Assembly: GCA_029573715.1 (NCBI GenBank)
Contig: JAKQDR010000172.1
Location: 112,241-176,240 of the forward strand
Direction: 5' to 3'
DNA from: a bacterium
GTDB taxonomy: Bacteria > Patescibacteriota > Microgenomatia > UBA1406 > GWC2-37-13
Length of the DNA stretch: 64,000 nucleotides
The position numbers and the translations under genes are program-made. Below the pieces are notes generated by a model, which made no database searches, was not told where the DNA came from, and saw only the letters and a program-made list of their open reading frames with translations. This document shows positions 7,530-18,680 of the stretch, piece by piece. The number at the start of each line of letters is the position of its first letter. Position 1 is the first letter of the stretch.

Positions 7530-8546
7530 ATGAACGCGTTCTCGAAGTGGATCCGCCGGGTCTTCCAAACCCGGCCTCTGGCCCTGGCCTTGGTGGTATC
7601 GACCGCCCTGGCCGTCGTGTTCGTCTCGCTCATTGCCGTGGCACCCGCCGCGGCCCAGAACCCCGCCTGCAGCGACCAGATCGTCGGCACCAGGCTGACC
7701 TTACCTGCCATGACGGCAGGACAGGAGGCCGTGGTGCCTTCTGGCCTCTTGAATGGAGCAACCGCACTGTGCGTCGAAGGTATGGAAGCGGCTGAGAGCA
7801 TTGCCTTGAAGTTGAAGGGTACGAACCCTTACACAGCCGAAGGCAACTCAACCGCCCTGACCGTGGACGCCGAGTTTGCTACCAACTTGGCTCTCTCCGA
7901 CCCGTCGTTCAACGGCAGCCTGCTCAAGGCTGCTCCTGGTTTGCCGGCCGTGACGATTATCGCCTTGAGCGACCTGACCGAGGGCGTCACCGTCTGGGTG
8001 GGTAACCCCCGCCCCACGGTGATCGCGAATGTCAAAATCGACCAATGGCAGGACATCAAGATCCCGGGCAACATTTCCGAGCTCGCCGCCGGAACCACGA
8101 AGTGGTCCGGCAACGGAGTCTTGATCGTCATCACGTCTGGTGCGGCCTTTGCGGCCAACGGCACGGCCGTGCTCCCTGAGCCGACGAAGGTCGGCAGATA
8201 CGAGTTCTACGTCGACAGCGCAACTCAGTTGGTGCTGGCGGGCACGGTGCCCGGCCAGCGGTTCTACCTGAGCGTCGACGCTGACACGGTGACCGCTGAC
8301 TCGTGGCTTCAGCGGCGGGTCGAACCCACCACTGCCACCACTACCGGCGCGGCGGCCTCCACGGCAGGCGCCCAGTACACTGATCTCGGCGGCGCGTGCT
8401 TTAGCGCCGCCACCTGTTCGGCCGCCCAGGCCGTCGCCTGCGTCTCGGGGGCTCCCAAGCTCCCGTGCACGCCCGGCGACTCGATCGAGGTCTGGGGGGC
8501 CCCTGCCCCCATGACCTTGTGGGAGGCCTTGCAGCTCGTGAAGTAG
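7530..8546 (+). CDS. secreted protein of unknown function (338 aa), GC-rich foreign-looking gene
   Basis: The N-terminus KWIRRVFQTRPLALALVVSTALAVVFVSLIAVAPAAAQ looks like a signal peptide or anchor. A Thr/Ala-rich linker (EPTTATTTGAAAST) is followed by a Cys-rich tail. A strong SD precedes it. Long ORFs on both strands here are typical of high-GC DNA. Confidence 0.75.
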   Translation: MNAFSKWIRRVFQTRPLALALVVSTALAVVFVSLIAVAPAAAQNPACSDQIVGTRLTLPAMTAGQEAVVPSGLLNGATALCVEGMEAAESIALKLKGTNPYTAEGNSTALTVDAEFATNLALSDPSFNGSLLKAAPGLPAVTIIALSDLTEGVTVWVGNPRPTVIANVKIDQWQDIKIPGNISELAAGTTKWSGNGVLIVITSGAAFAANGTAVLPEPTKVGRYEFYVDSATQLVLAGTVPGQRFYLSVDADTVTADSWLQRRVEPTTATTTGAAASTAGAQYTDLGGACFSAATCSAAQAVACVSGAPKLPCTPGDSIEVWGAPAPMTLWEALQLVK

Positions 8547-8624
8547 CAGGGCCTTGAACCAGCGTCCGCTGCCCGCCAAAGGGCGCGCGGATAAGCCGAC
8601 CCCTATCCAGGGGCACGGGCGCTT

Positions 8625-8651
8625 CCCCCTCACCACACGTGGTGAAGGGGG
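8625..8651. repeat. palindrome CCCCCTCACCACACGTGGTGAAGGGGG (copy 2 of 3)
   Basis: Read directly. It lies ~80 nt after the stop of 7530..8546. Confidence 0.9.
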
Positions 8652-8883
8652 ACTCTATCATGCAAATCACTTCGTGCAACGCGGCGACCCAAGCTGGGGT
8701 CAATGCTTACGCACAGGTGCCTGTATGGTAGAGGGTTCACCTAAATCAATCACAAAACGTAATTGGTTGAGGTGAATGCAGCATACAAGTTCCAAATTTC
8801 ACGATGCGATGAGACATATGGCATACGGAATGCGGAACTTATTTTGGTATAAGGATGAGAGTAGTTGAATATGAAAAACTATT

Positions 8884-8970
8884 CTTCGAGTGTAGCGCTA
8901 TAAGGCGCGAAATCGAGAAGTTTACCTGATAGTTCTCGACTCATGACCCATGCGGTCATTTCACTCGAAC
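8884..8970 (-). repeat. ~90-nt structured intergenic repeat, copy 2 (inverted relative to copy 1)
   Basis: CTTCGAGT...CGCGAAATCGAGAAG(8906-8920)...GTTCTCGAC(8932-8940)...hairpin ATGACCCATGCGGTCAT...CACTCGAAC. It ends 25 nt before ATG 8995. Confidence 0.75.
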
Positions 8971-8994
8971 AATACACAGCATTAAATTGAAACT

Positions 8995-11900
8995 ATGGTA
9001 GAAGCACATGTGGCACGAATGCCACGATCACCATTCCAGATGCGACCGATAGAAAACCCTTTTCGAAGGGTTCTCCCTGCTGTGGTACAAATGCGTGATC
9101 GGGTTGCAGCCGGTGTGCGGGACGTGGGTAATTCGCTTGCCCAGCGAATGCAACGTTCACAAGCGCAGGATGTATCTCGCCTTGCACAGGCGCGCGCGAC
9201 AATCGCTCAATCTGTAGATGCCACTCGTACGTATGTCAACCGTGACAACGCGCGTATGGCCGTACAAATTGGTACACAAGCGGCCCGAGAAGCGACCCAT
9301 TATGTCGCGACTCACAAGATGGAAATAGCCAAAAAAGTTGCACCATCGCTCGCAATAAGTATTACTGCCAAAGTGGCTGGTGCAGCGCTTGCAGCCCCTG
9401 TCATTGTGGCAGGTGCGGTGGCAGGTGGCGCCAATGAAGCACGCCGAAATGTCAGCACGTTAAACGCTACAAAAGCAGATGGAATATTTGCCACATCTGC
9501 AGTACTGCGCAATGGGTTTGAAAGAAATACAGCAAGGGCACAAGCTGGTACACAAGATAACGCTAACTTTTCTTCAACAGAGGGAACATCGGTATTACAG
9601 CGTATCGCCCAATCCAAAGTGGGCCGTGGAATGCGCGCCTACATGCGTGCTGAGAAGTCAGCTGCATCATATGTCGCGTCGCACAATGCACATATCGATC
9701 GCGTCATGGACTTTGCCCCCGATGCAACTGCCCGAGCAAACGCGAGCATTGATATTGACTATCTCAATAGACTCAGGACGGATGCCGCTATGGCACGCAT
9801 GACCGCCACGACAGATGTGGAGCGGGCGGCCGCGCGTACAGTGCACCAGGCAGTACGTGAGCGCATGCGAACGCTTGAGTCTGCGGCAGGTCTTGATTCT
9901 GCGATACCATATATAAATGGTGTTGCGGAACGTCAGATACTTCGTGCCCAAAGGAGCGTACAGTTTGACAAGTCATATAAAAATATTGTCATTGGAAGCA
10001 TTGTTGCATCCTCCGGGGTGCGGGCAGTGAAGTCTGCACTCTCATCGGCAGCGATATTTTTGGGACTTTCGGCGGTAGGGGTCGATGCGGCAAGCCCTCT
10101 GCGCAGTTTGAAAGACACCATGTGGAGAGATGTTTCTGATGGAGTTGGGAATCTGGCCAAATCAGCTGGTTCATATATGGAAAATGCCATTACTCATATT
10201 CTCACAAACACAACTCCCTCAGCAGAAGCGGCAGAAATTACAGTTCCGACTATGCACGATGTGATAAATACCGTGCAAAATACTGCCCATGCAGTTTTCC
10301 AGGATCAACGAAATCAAAAACGTATAGAGGGGAGTTCCTTTAGACCCAATACTATGTCAGATTCATCCGTGCATGTGGGGGATAATCAATACTTTGACCC
10401 CCGCCTCACCACAACAGTACGGGTAGAAAATGGCGAAACAATTATTGAAGGAAAGGGAGTGCTTTCATCTGGTTATCCAAAAGCTGTTGACTCTTCTTAC
10501 GCTGCAGCTCCTCGAGATCCTTCGTTCGTGCGTGGTCCTGTGGCAGATCGTGTGGCCATTGCTCAAGAAGTGAATGCCCCTGTACCTATGCGAGAGGTTG
10601 CGCGGACCGTGCAAGAAGTACAAGAATATACTATTGAAGGTAAAGTGTCATGGACTCAAGATATCTTTGATCGAAAACTCCTTTCAGGCATGCAGGATGC
10701 TGCCCACTCTATGGATTGGTATGGTGCTCCCGGCACTGCAGAGCGCATGGTGAAGGAAGTATTCGCAATAAATTCAGACATTATGGATGCTGATGATATG
10801 CAGAAGATGCAAGAGTATCTTGCCGCACACCCAGACGCATCTTTCGTGCAAATGTGGAAAGATTTGCAACACACGGTATTTTCAGACGATATGGACAAGC
10901 TCACTGATGGAACGGCATACAAAGTGCTCTCGGAGCACACCGTCATGGTGCAAGAACCGGCCGAGTCTGTGGCAGATGCTCATGAGGCAGATGCACTCGT
11001 GATGGGTGCCAGCCGTGCTTCCAAACCTCCGGGGCTTGCCAAATATGTGTTGAACATCGACCAACAAGCAGCGCCTCCAACTTCTATACAATCATCTGGA
11101 ACAAATACTTCAGGGTATCAAGTGGTTAGGCCACCTCAAAGTACAGGAGTTACCAGTGGGGCAAATACAATACAAGGCACATATCAGCAAGTTGCTCCCC
11201 CAGGCGGAAATACTGCAGCCAACGGTACGGTGAATGGTTTTCAACAAGTAAGAAAACCAGGTGAGGTTTTATCGAATAGCGTAACAACAAATGCTCAGGT
11301 GGTTTCATCTCCACAAAATAGCATTGTGCCACCACCCCATCAAATGGGATCTCCAGATACCGGCAGCTCAGTATCAAATACAATGCATGGTTATCAACAA
11401 GTTGCTCCTCCCGGTGCAAATAGTGTAATTAATAACAGTTCTATGGTTGGGACATATCAAGAAGTTGGTCAGCCATCAGCCCCCAGGCCTGTCGTAGTAG
11501 CGCGCTCAAACAATGAGACCTTTCAAATAGTAAGCCCCCCAAAACCACAAGAGGATGTGAGCTTCCAAGTGGTATCACTGCCAAGAGCAGTGTTACCATA
11601 TGAAGTGTCACGTGACACGCAGCTCGCGAGTATTGTTGGCCCCTTTGATTTGAGTAGCGGAAACAATCATGTGGCTTCTATTCAGTCAACAAGTTCTTAT
11701 TTCCCCGCATCAGCTTCTATGCCGATATCTATGTACAGCGATAGAGCACCAGCTATTGGGGGAGGCGCTTATGAATACAATGCACTGGGCGGAACAAATA
11801 TATGGACCCATACCAGCTCATTTAAAGAAGGAGGAAAACAGTGGTTGGAAGACGCCCGAAGATATATGCAGGGGGGGAATGGTCAACCTCGGCTTGGACC

Positions 11901-12420
11901 TGTACAACAGCTTGCCAGAGCACAAGAGCTTATGCGATCAGCACCACACCTATTTATAAATATGGATAATCAGAATCAAGGTGGATTTACGCTCACGGCT
12001 ATTCACCACTTACGATTGAATACCGATGGCAGTCTGGACCTTTCCACCACAAACGGTATTATTGGTGGTGGGCCTGATACATTATCATTTATTGGGTGTG
12101 CCTATGGGCATGTTCAAGGTATCCAAATGATCCTCGATCATGCTTCAGAAGCCCCATCACACCTTGAGCAATGGTTTGATGTGCTCAATAATCCAAATGC
12201 TACAGGTGCGGACGTTGAAAATGCGGTCGATCAAATCGTGAAACAATGGTTTAGTGGTACAGCCTATTACAGTGATTTTTACAACCTGTATGGGTATCTT
12301 TTGAAAGAAATTCCTACCCCAGGTACACCGGAGCACTCGGCATTTCTAAACCAACTAGCAGGTAAAGGGTATATGGCATCTGGTAGGTTGGAGTTTGAGT
12401 TTACTATCGGCGGACAATAA
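8995..12420 (+). CDS. large (1141 aa) hypothetical protein with two hydrophobic segments and a block of degenerate Y/F-Q-x-V-x-P-P repeats
   Basis: Uninterrupted ORF. The repeats are GYQVVRPPQ, GTYQQVAPPG, NGFQQVRKPG, HGYQQVAPPG, GTYQEVGQPS, ETFQIVSPPK and VSFQVVSLPR, encoded at ~11100-11600. A terminator follows. Confidence 0.8.
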   Translation: MVEAHVARMPRSPFQMRPIENPFRRVLPAVVQMRDRVAAGVRDVGNSLAQRMQRSQAQDVSRLAQARATIAQSVDATRTYVNRDNARMAVQIGTQAAREATHYVATHKMEIAKKVAPSLAISITAKVAGAALAAPVIVAGAVAGGANEARRNVSTLNATKADGIFATSAVLRNGFERNTARAQAGTQDNANFSSTEGTSVLQRIAQSKVGRGMRAYMRAEKSAASYVASHNAHIDRVMDFAPDATARANASIDIDYLNRLRTDAAMARMTATTDVERAAARTVHQAVRERMRTLESAAGLDSAIPYINGVAERQILRAQRSVQFDKSYKNIVIGSIVASSGVRAVKSALSSAAIFLGLSAVGVDAASPLRSLKDTMWRDVSDGVGNLAKSAGSYMENAITHILTNTTPSAEAAEITVPTMHDVINTVQNTAHAVFQDQRNQKRIEGSSFRPNTMSDSSVHVGDNQYFDPRLTTTVRVENGETIIEGKGVLSSGYPKAVDSSYAAAPRDPSFVRGPVADRVAIAQEVNAPVPMREVARTVQEVQEYTIEGKVSWTQDIFDRKLLSGMQDAAHSMDWYGAPGTAERMVKEVFAINSDIMDADDMQKMQEYLAAHPDASFVQMWKDLQHTVFSDDMDKLTDGTAYKVLSEHTVMVQEPAESVADAHEADALVMGASRASKPPGLAKYVLNIDQQAAPPTSIQSSGTNTSGYQVVRPPQSTGVTSGANTIQGTYQQVAPPGGNTAANGTVNGFQQVRKPGEVLSNSVTTNAQVVSSPQNSIVPPPHQMGSPDTGSSVSNTMHGYQQVAPPGANSVINNSSMVGTYQEVGQPSAPRPVVVARSNNETFQIVSPPKPQEDVSFQVVSLPRAVLPYEVSRDTQLASIVGPFDLSSGNNHVASIQSTSSYFPASASMPISMYSDRAPAIGGGAYEYNALGGTNIWTHTSSFKEGGKQWLEDARRYMQGGNGQPRLGPVQQLARAQELMRSAPHLFINMDNQNQGGFTLTAIHHLRLNTDGSLDLSTTNGIIGGGPDTLSFIGCAYGHVQGIQMILDHASEAPSHLEQWFDVLNNPNATGADVENAVDQIVKQWFSGTAYYSDFYNLYGYLLKEIPTPGTPEHSAFLNQLAGKGYMASGRLEFEFTIGGQ

Positions 12421-12471
12421 CCCTTTTTCCCTCACTCCCCCTCACTTCGCTCTATACAATGACATACGAAA

Positions 12472-12501
12472 ATACCCGCCTGTTACGGCGGGTATTTTTT
12501 G
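12472..12501. terminator. intrinsic terminator hairpin with flanking A- and T-runs (bidirectional)
   Basis: The sequence is aaaATACCCGCCtgttacGGCGGGTATttttt, a 9-bp stem. It lies 52 nt after the stop of 8995..12420 and distal to the 16S 3' trailer on the other strand. Confidence 0.7.
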
Positions 12502-12555
12502 TTGCAAATTGAGTCGAGATTTTTTCCGCCAAAGGCGGATGCACAGATAGGCAAA

Positions 12556-12628
12556 CCTTTCAATTGAGCTGCAGGTAACATCCTGCAGGTTTCGTAAGTT
12601 TGAATCCCGCAATTAAGCGGGAAACCTG
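12556..12628 (-). repeat. loose relative of the tRNA-associated two-hairpin element, in the 16S 3' trailer
   Basis: The minus strand reads CAGGTTTCCCGCTTAATTGCGGGATTCAAACTTACGAAACCTGCAGGATGTTACCTGCAGCTCAATTGAAAGG. It has the same order as the tRNA-associated copies: GGTT, a CCCGC/GCGGG hairpin, A-rich linker ending AAC, a second hairpin, then TTGAA. Confidence 0.45.
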
Positions 12629-12756
12629 TTGTGTCACAATTCTTGTGACGATAGCCTTGACCGGCATGTCTTTTTCCTTGGATCGTACTTGTGGCGCCTT
12701 ATAAGCAAGCACCAAAAATACGTTTAGCGACTTTCTTCACTAAAAAGAAAAAAAGA

Positions 12757-14572
<1,816 letters not shown>

Positions 14573-14792
14573 GAAATTGCAGGAATACTCTTTTCATTGC
14601 TGAAAAGGTACCTACAGCTCAATTGCTAGGCTTGCTCGCCTCAATGTGCTTAAAGCACTTTGGGCGAGATGTGTGTGCATTCGGGCATCATACGACGCCC
14701 GAAATAATTTCCTCGATTTATCAATGTGCGGGACACTATTTTACTAGATACGAGACTCAAATACAATGGGCATAGCCTCGGGTGATCAGGAG

Positions 14793-15263
14793 CTATTGAG
14801 GTTGGCTTTGCGCACTTGTTTGTGCTTCAGCAAGACGTCTAGCTTCCTCTATAAGCTTTATACGTTGAGCATTATTTGGACAGCTGGAAGAGTAGCACTG
14901 AAGACCGCCTGCCCCCCACAGAACCCGACCCATTGCATAGCCCTGTTCTCGAGGTGGCCATGCGCAATGATAAAGGTCCTGGCCTTGTGGTAACAGATGG
15001 TCCAAAGGCAACTCGCCAGGGTATGTGCAATCGTAAATGGTTGCGTCCGAAGAAGGAGGTAAATAATCAACATGATGCGGGCAGCTTGGAGTAAGACACT
15101 GGTTTCCCAATGGACTCTTGTAAACACATCCATGTGTACCTGTTTCATGAAGTGGAATTGAACATTGAAGGTGAACAGGAATAGTGGCTTCCGTCAAATT
15201 TAATGAAAGATCACCTCCTCCATAAGCACAATTCTGAACAGGAAGACTTATATCAGGACTCAT
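14793..15263 (-). CDS. hypothetical Cys-rich protein (156 aa)
   Basis: The ORF starts 4 nt after the pheT stop (possible coupling). It has about 10 Cys and a C-terminal helical tail NNAQRIKLIEEARRLAEAQ. No motif was recognised. It ends ~220 nt upstream of the 16S gene. Confidence 0.4.
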   Translation of the reverse strand: MSPDISLPVQNCAYGGGDLSLNLTEATIPVHLQCSIPLHETGTHGCVYKSPLGNQCLTPSCPHHVDYLPPSSDATIYDCTYPGELPLDHLLPQGQDLYHCAWPPREQGYAMGRVLWGAGGLQCYSSSCPNNAQRIKLIEEARRLAEAQTSAQSQPQ

Positions 15264-15267
15264 ATTG

Positions 15268-17220
15268 TTATCGGATTATAGCAGAATAGGTTTTTTTTAA
15301 TGTTTCTGCGATAGCCTCAATGAGCACATGCTTATGGGTTGCACCACTTACGGTGCACTTAAGAAGCAAACCAACCATATTTGCATCTTTAGGTTGAAAC
15401 AGTTCATAATCAATATTCTCGACTTCTTTCCACCCATCTTTGACCGTTTGAATAACTACACCAGGCTGATGGGCTTTTGGTAAGTAGAGCGATATATCAA
15501 ATGTATGCAGATGAGGAATGGAGGTATACAGGCGTTTGTCGGCTTTGACTCGTGGGGTTTCAGGGCTCCAATAACGCTCTATTTCAAGTGCCACATAGAC
15601 ACTATTTTTGTCAAGAACACTGATTTGATAAAGGTTGTCGGTTAGGGTGTATCCTAGTTTTGTGCACAAAGAATCAACCACACCTTTCGCGCGCAAGTAC
15701 ACCTCTTGGGTAGGTGCATGTGCGTTATGCAGTATGAAACCAAGTTGTCTGCGCTCAGTATAGGGTGATTTGGGATGATCCGCTTTTTCATACACTTTTC
15801 CAAGCTCAAACAGCCTTACCTCCTCTCTTCCAAACTTTTTCTGATGAGAAAGCGCATGACGCAGCCCTTCTTGCAGGGTCAATCGGAGTGCATCCTTTTG
15901 AGAGTTGAGTGCGTTTTGCAACACCACTTGTCGTGTATCACCATCAGATTTGGTTAGTGGTTCAGTGATATGTTCGTCAAAAGAATGCGCGAGCATAATG
16001 TCTCGAATTTCTTCTTCGAGTGTGAACCAATAAGACGTGATGTTTTTGGGGGGAGCAAATGCCGGAATCACCACAGGTGTTCGTTCATAGCCATACATGC
16101 GCACCACTTCTTCCACCAAGTCTGCCTCACACAATATATCAGTGCGCCAATATGGAATAGAAACCTGAAGGGCTGAAAGTTCAGCGTTTAGGATAGAGAA
16201 TCCTAAGGATTTCAAATAACCAGATGCATCATTTGCAGAAATGGAAACACCCCCTAAACGCGCGAGCTCAGAGATTCTAAGCAAAATCTTAGGTGTCGAT
16301 TCGGGTTTTGGATAAGAATCAGCTTCAGCAACGATTTTCCCATTGCAAATATCAAGCACTAACTGGGCGGCCCGACCGAGTGCGACTTCTGCAAGTTGGG
16401 GGTGTAAAAACTTTTCGTGTCGTGATGACGCTTCGGTGCGCACTGAATGACGAATGGAACTGCGACGGATTGAAGCCTGATTATAAGTTGCAGCCTCAAG
16501 CACTATTTCTGTGGTGTCTGGACCAACTCCACTGTCTGCGCCGCCAATCATTCCTGCAAGTGAGAGTGCGTTTGATTTGCTTGCGACAACCAGGTCATCG
16601 TTTGTGAGCGTAAGGACCCTACCTCCGAGTATGGTAAGTTTTTCTCCCTCATGTGCTCTGCGGAATACCACTTCTCCATCTTCAATAAAACGCATATCAA
16701 ACGCATGCAGTGGCTCTCCCAGCTCTATAGTGACATAATTGGTGATATCAACAAGGGGAGAAATGACTTTAATTCCATACGCTGTTAGCCGATCTACCAT
16801 CCACTGCGGAGTACTTAGCCCTGAATTTCTTTGGGGGAGTTTTATGCGATATGCAATGAACCTGCGACAGAGGTCTGGTGCAGCATTTTCAATATGTAGT
16901 TTGTCTTTTCCATTTGTACTCTGTACAGCGCCTGTCCTGAGCGCAGTCGAAGGATACTGCGCACTTGGTGCTGTCACCAGTTTCCCCGTCACTGCTGCGA
17001 CTTCTCGTGCAACGCCCAGCACCGATAAACAATCAGGCCTATTCTGACGAACTTCCAGATCAATCACCGTATCATTCTCAACCTGCTCCGGCTTTTTGTC
17101 TTGCATGTGGCCAATGGAGGTGAGCTTGTCAGTAAGCTCATTTACAGAAACATCGATATCGACGTATTCCTTAAGCCAATGTAATGGGATTTTCATATCT
17201 TTGATTCTATCGTTCTCCAT
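15268..17220 (-). CDS. pheT: phenylalanine--tRNA ligase beta subunit (short form, 650 aa)
   Basis: MKIPLHWLKEYVDIDVS... is the canonical PheT N-terminus. The gene follows pheS, and B3/4 and B5-like regions are recognisable. The true start may be the internal MKIPLHWL Met. Confidence 0.93.
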   Translation of the reverse strand: MENDRIKDMKIPLHWLKEYVDIDVSVNELTDKLTSIGHMQDKKPEQVENDTVIDLEVRQNRPDCLSVLGVAREVAAVTGKLVTAPSAQYPSTALRTGAVQSTNGKDKLHIENAAPDLCRRFIAYRIKLPQRNSGLSTPQWMVDRLTAYGIKVISPLVDITNYVTIELGEPLHAFDMRFIEDGEVVFRRAHEGEKLTILGGRVLTLTNDDLVVASKSNALSLAGMIGGADSGVGPDTTEIVLEAATYNQASIRRSSIRHSVRTEASSRHEKFLHPQLAEVALGRAAQLVLDICNGKIVAEADSYPKPESTPKILLRISELARLGGVSISANDASGYLKSLGFSILNAELSALQVSIPYWRTDILCEADLVEEVVRMYGYERTPVVIPAFAPPKNITSYWFTLEEEIRDIMLAHSFDEHITEPLTKSDGDTRQVVLQNALNSQKDALRLTLQEGLRHALSHQKKFGREEVRLFELGKVYEKADHPKSPYTERRQLGFILHNAHAPTQEVYLRAKGVVDSLCTKLGYTLTDNLYQISVLDKNSVYVALEIERYWSPETPRVKADKRLYTSIPHLHTFDISLYLPKAHQPGVVIQTVKDGWKEVENIDYELFQPKDANMVGLLLKCTVSGATHKHVLIEAIAETLKKTYSAIIR

Positions 17221-17240
17221 TCAACAACTTTTAAATCTAT

Positions 17241-18239
17241 TTATTTCCAAACCAACTCACCGTTATACAAACTGCGGATGTCGGTGATTCCATAGCGCAT
17301 CATGACGAGCCTATCAAGGCCAAATCCAAATGCAAATCCACTCCACTCTTCCCCATCAATGCCACAAGCTGAGAGCATATTAGGATGCACCATACCGGCA
17401 CCTACAACCTCAAGCCATCCGCGATACTTGCATACGGCACATCCCACGCCTTGGCACAATTGGCACTGTATATCCATCCCCATACCGGGCTCTACCTGTG
17501 GATAATACTTACAGCGAAAGCGGGTAATGGTGTTTTCGCCATACAAAAATCGGGCAAATCCATCAAGCGTCGCTTTAAGATGCCCCATATGGACTCCTTT
17601 ATCAATAAACAACCCCTCAAGTTGATAAAATATAGCATTGTTAGATGCATTGGTGTTTTCATTTCGATAGCATTTGCCGGGGGTGATTATCTTCACAGGG
17701 AGTTTCTCTTGAGTGAGGCAGCGTATTTCAACTGATGAAGTATGTGTGCGAAGTAGGTATTCGGGCTCGAGAATGTAGAGTGTGTCTTGTAGTTCGCGCG
17801 CAGGATGGTCGGGGGGGAGGTTGAGTTTGGCAAAATTGTACTCTTCTGTTTCAATTTCGGGCCCTTCATACACACTGTATCCCAAGTAGGTGAAATACTC
17901 GTAGATCTCTCGCACCACTAAGCTTGTTGGGTGCAAATGTCCAGATTTTTGTTTTATACCAGGGAGGGAGGTGTCAAAATCAGTCAGATGCGATTGTTGT
18001 TCGTTTTGAATTTCATCTTTCTTTCTTTCAAATAGCTCCAAAACATCTTGCTTGAGGGCGTTGAGCTGGGCGCCTTTTTCCTTGCGCTCTTCAGGACTGA
18101 GCTTTTGGAGTGTTCGGGCCAGCGCATTAATGTGGCCGTTTCGGCCCAGGTACTCAATTTCAAGAGCAGCAAGTTGCTCTGCCGTTTTGATTTCTGCGAG
18201 TAGATTTGGCAAAGTAGATATATCACGCATGGTGACCAT
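17241..18239 (-). CDS. pheS: phenylalanine--tRNA ligase alpha subunit
   Basis: Class II core motifs are present (HPARELQDTLY, FRCKYYPQVEPGMGMD, GWLEVVGAGMVHPNML, GFAFGFGLDRL). Confidence 0.95.
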   Translation of the reverse strand: MVTMRDISTLPNLLAEIKTAEQLAALEIEYLGRNGHINALARTLQKLSPEERKEKGAQLNALKQDVLELFERKKDEIQNEQQSHLTDFDTSLPGIKQKSGHLHPTSLVVREIYEYFTYLGYSVYEGPEIETEEYNFAKLNLPPDHPARELQDTLYILEPEYLLRTHTSSVEIRCLTQEKLPVKIITPGKCYRNENTNASNNAIFYQLEGLFIDKGVHMGHLKATLDGFARFLYGENTITRFRCKYYPQVEPGMGMDIQCQLCQGVGCAVCKYRGWLEVVGAGMVHPNMLSACGIDGEEWSGFAFGFGLDRLVMMRYGITDIRSLYNGELVWK

Positions 18240-18289
18240 TATACACGAAGGTATTATTGAGTGAAATTGAGCGAAGAAAACTCAAGCGG

Positions 18290-18640
18290 TTAGGCTTTTT
18301 GTATTTGGGTCACAATACTGGAGAATGCCTTGGGGTGCTCAAGTGCAATCTGAGCGAGCACCTTCCGGTCCAGATCAACATTTTTTTGTTTGAGCGCCTT
18401 AATAAAAAGACTGTAACTCATACCATGTTCTCGAGATGCCGCATTCAGTCGCACGATCCACAGCGATCGAAAGTCACGCTTGCGTAATTTTCTGCCATGA
18501 TATGCATATTGTCCAGCATGAAGCACCGCTTCTGTCGCCTTTTTTATCTGCTTGCGTCGGGTCATTCGATACCCTTTGGCAAGCTTTAATGTTTTTTTAT
18601 GTGCCTTTTTTGTTTGTATACCGCCTTTTACCCGTACCAT
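18290..18640 (-). CDS. rplT: 50S ribosomal protein L20
   Basis: MVRVKGGIQTKKAHKKTLKLAKGYR... is a typical L20 sequence. The infC-rpmI-rplT order is kept. Confidence 0.95.
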   Translation of the reverse strand: MVRVKGGIQTKKAHKKTLKLAKGYRMTRRKQIKKATEAVLHAGQYAYHGRKLRKRDFRSLWIVRLNAASREHGMSYSLFIKALKQKNVDLDRKVLAQIALEHPKAFSSIVTQIQKA

Positions 18641-18680
18641 AAGTTAAAAAGTGAAAAAGATATATTCAACGTAACATTTC

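Noticed and set aside
6876-7533. Small ORFs 6876..7076 (minus) and 7192..7533 (plus) in the long spacer
   Set aside because: They have no start context. They run through heptamer arrays and the compositional junction, and their translations are low-complexity. They are more likely non-coding.
7269-8703. Many long ORFs on both strands of the GC-rich island (for example 7848..8636 minus, 7337..7795 plus, 7493..7801 minus, 8401..8703 minus)
   Set aside because: High-GC DNA is poor in stop codons in all frames. Only 7530..8546 has an SD, a signal-peptide-like start and a sensible composition. The others are Arg/Gly/Pro-rich shadow frames.
12502-12756. 23S or 5S rRNA genes or spacer tRNAs next to the 16S gene
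   Set aside because: The 255-nt trailer contains only short hairpins and ends at the terminator shared with the convergent protein gene. No rRNA or tRNA signature sequences were seen there.
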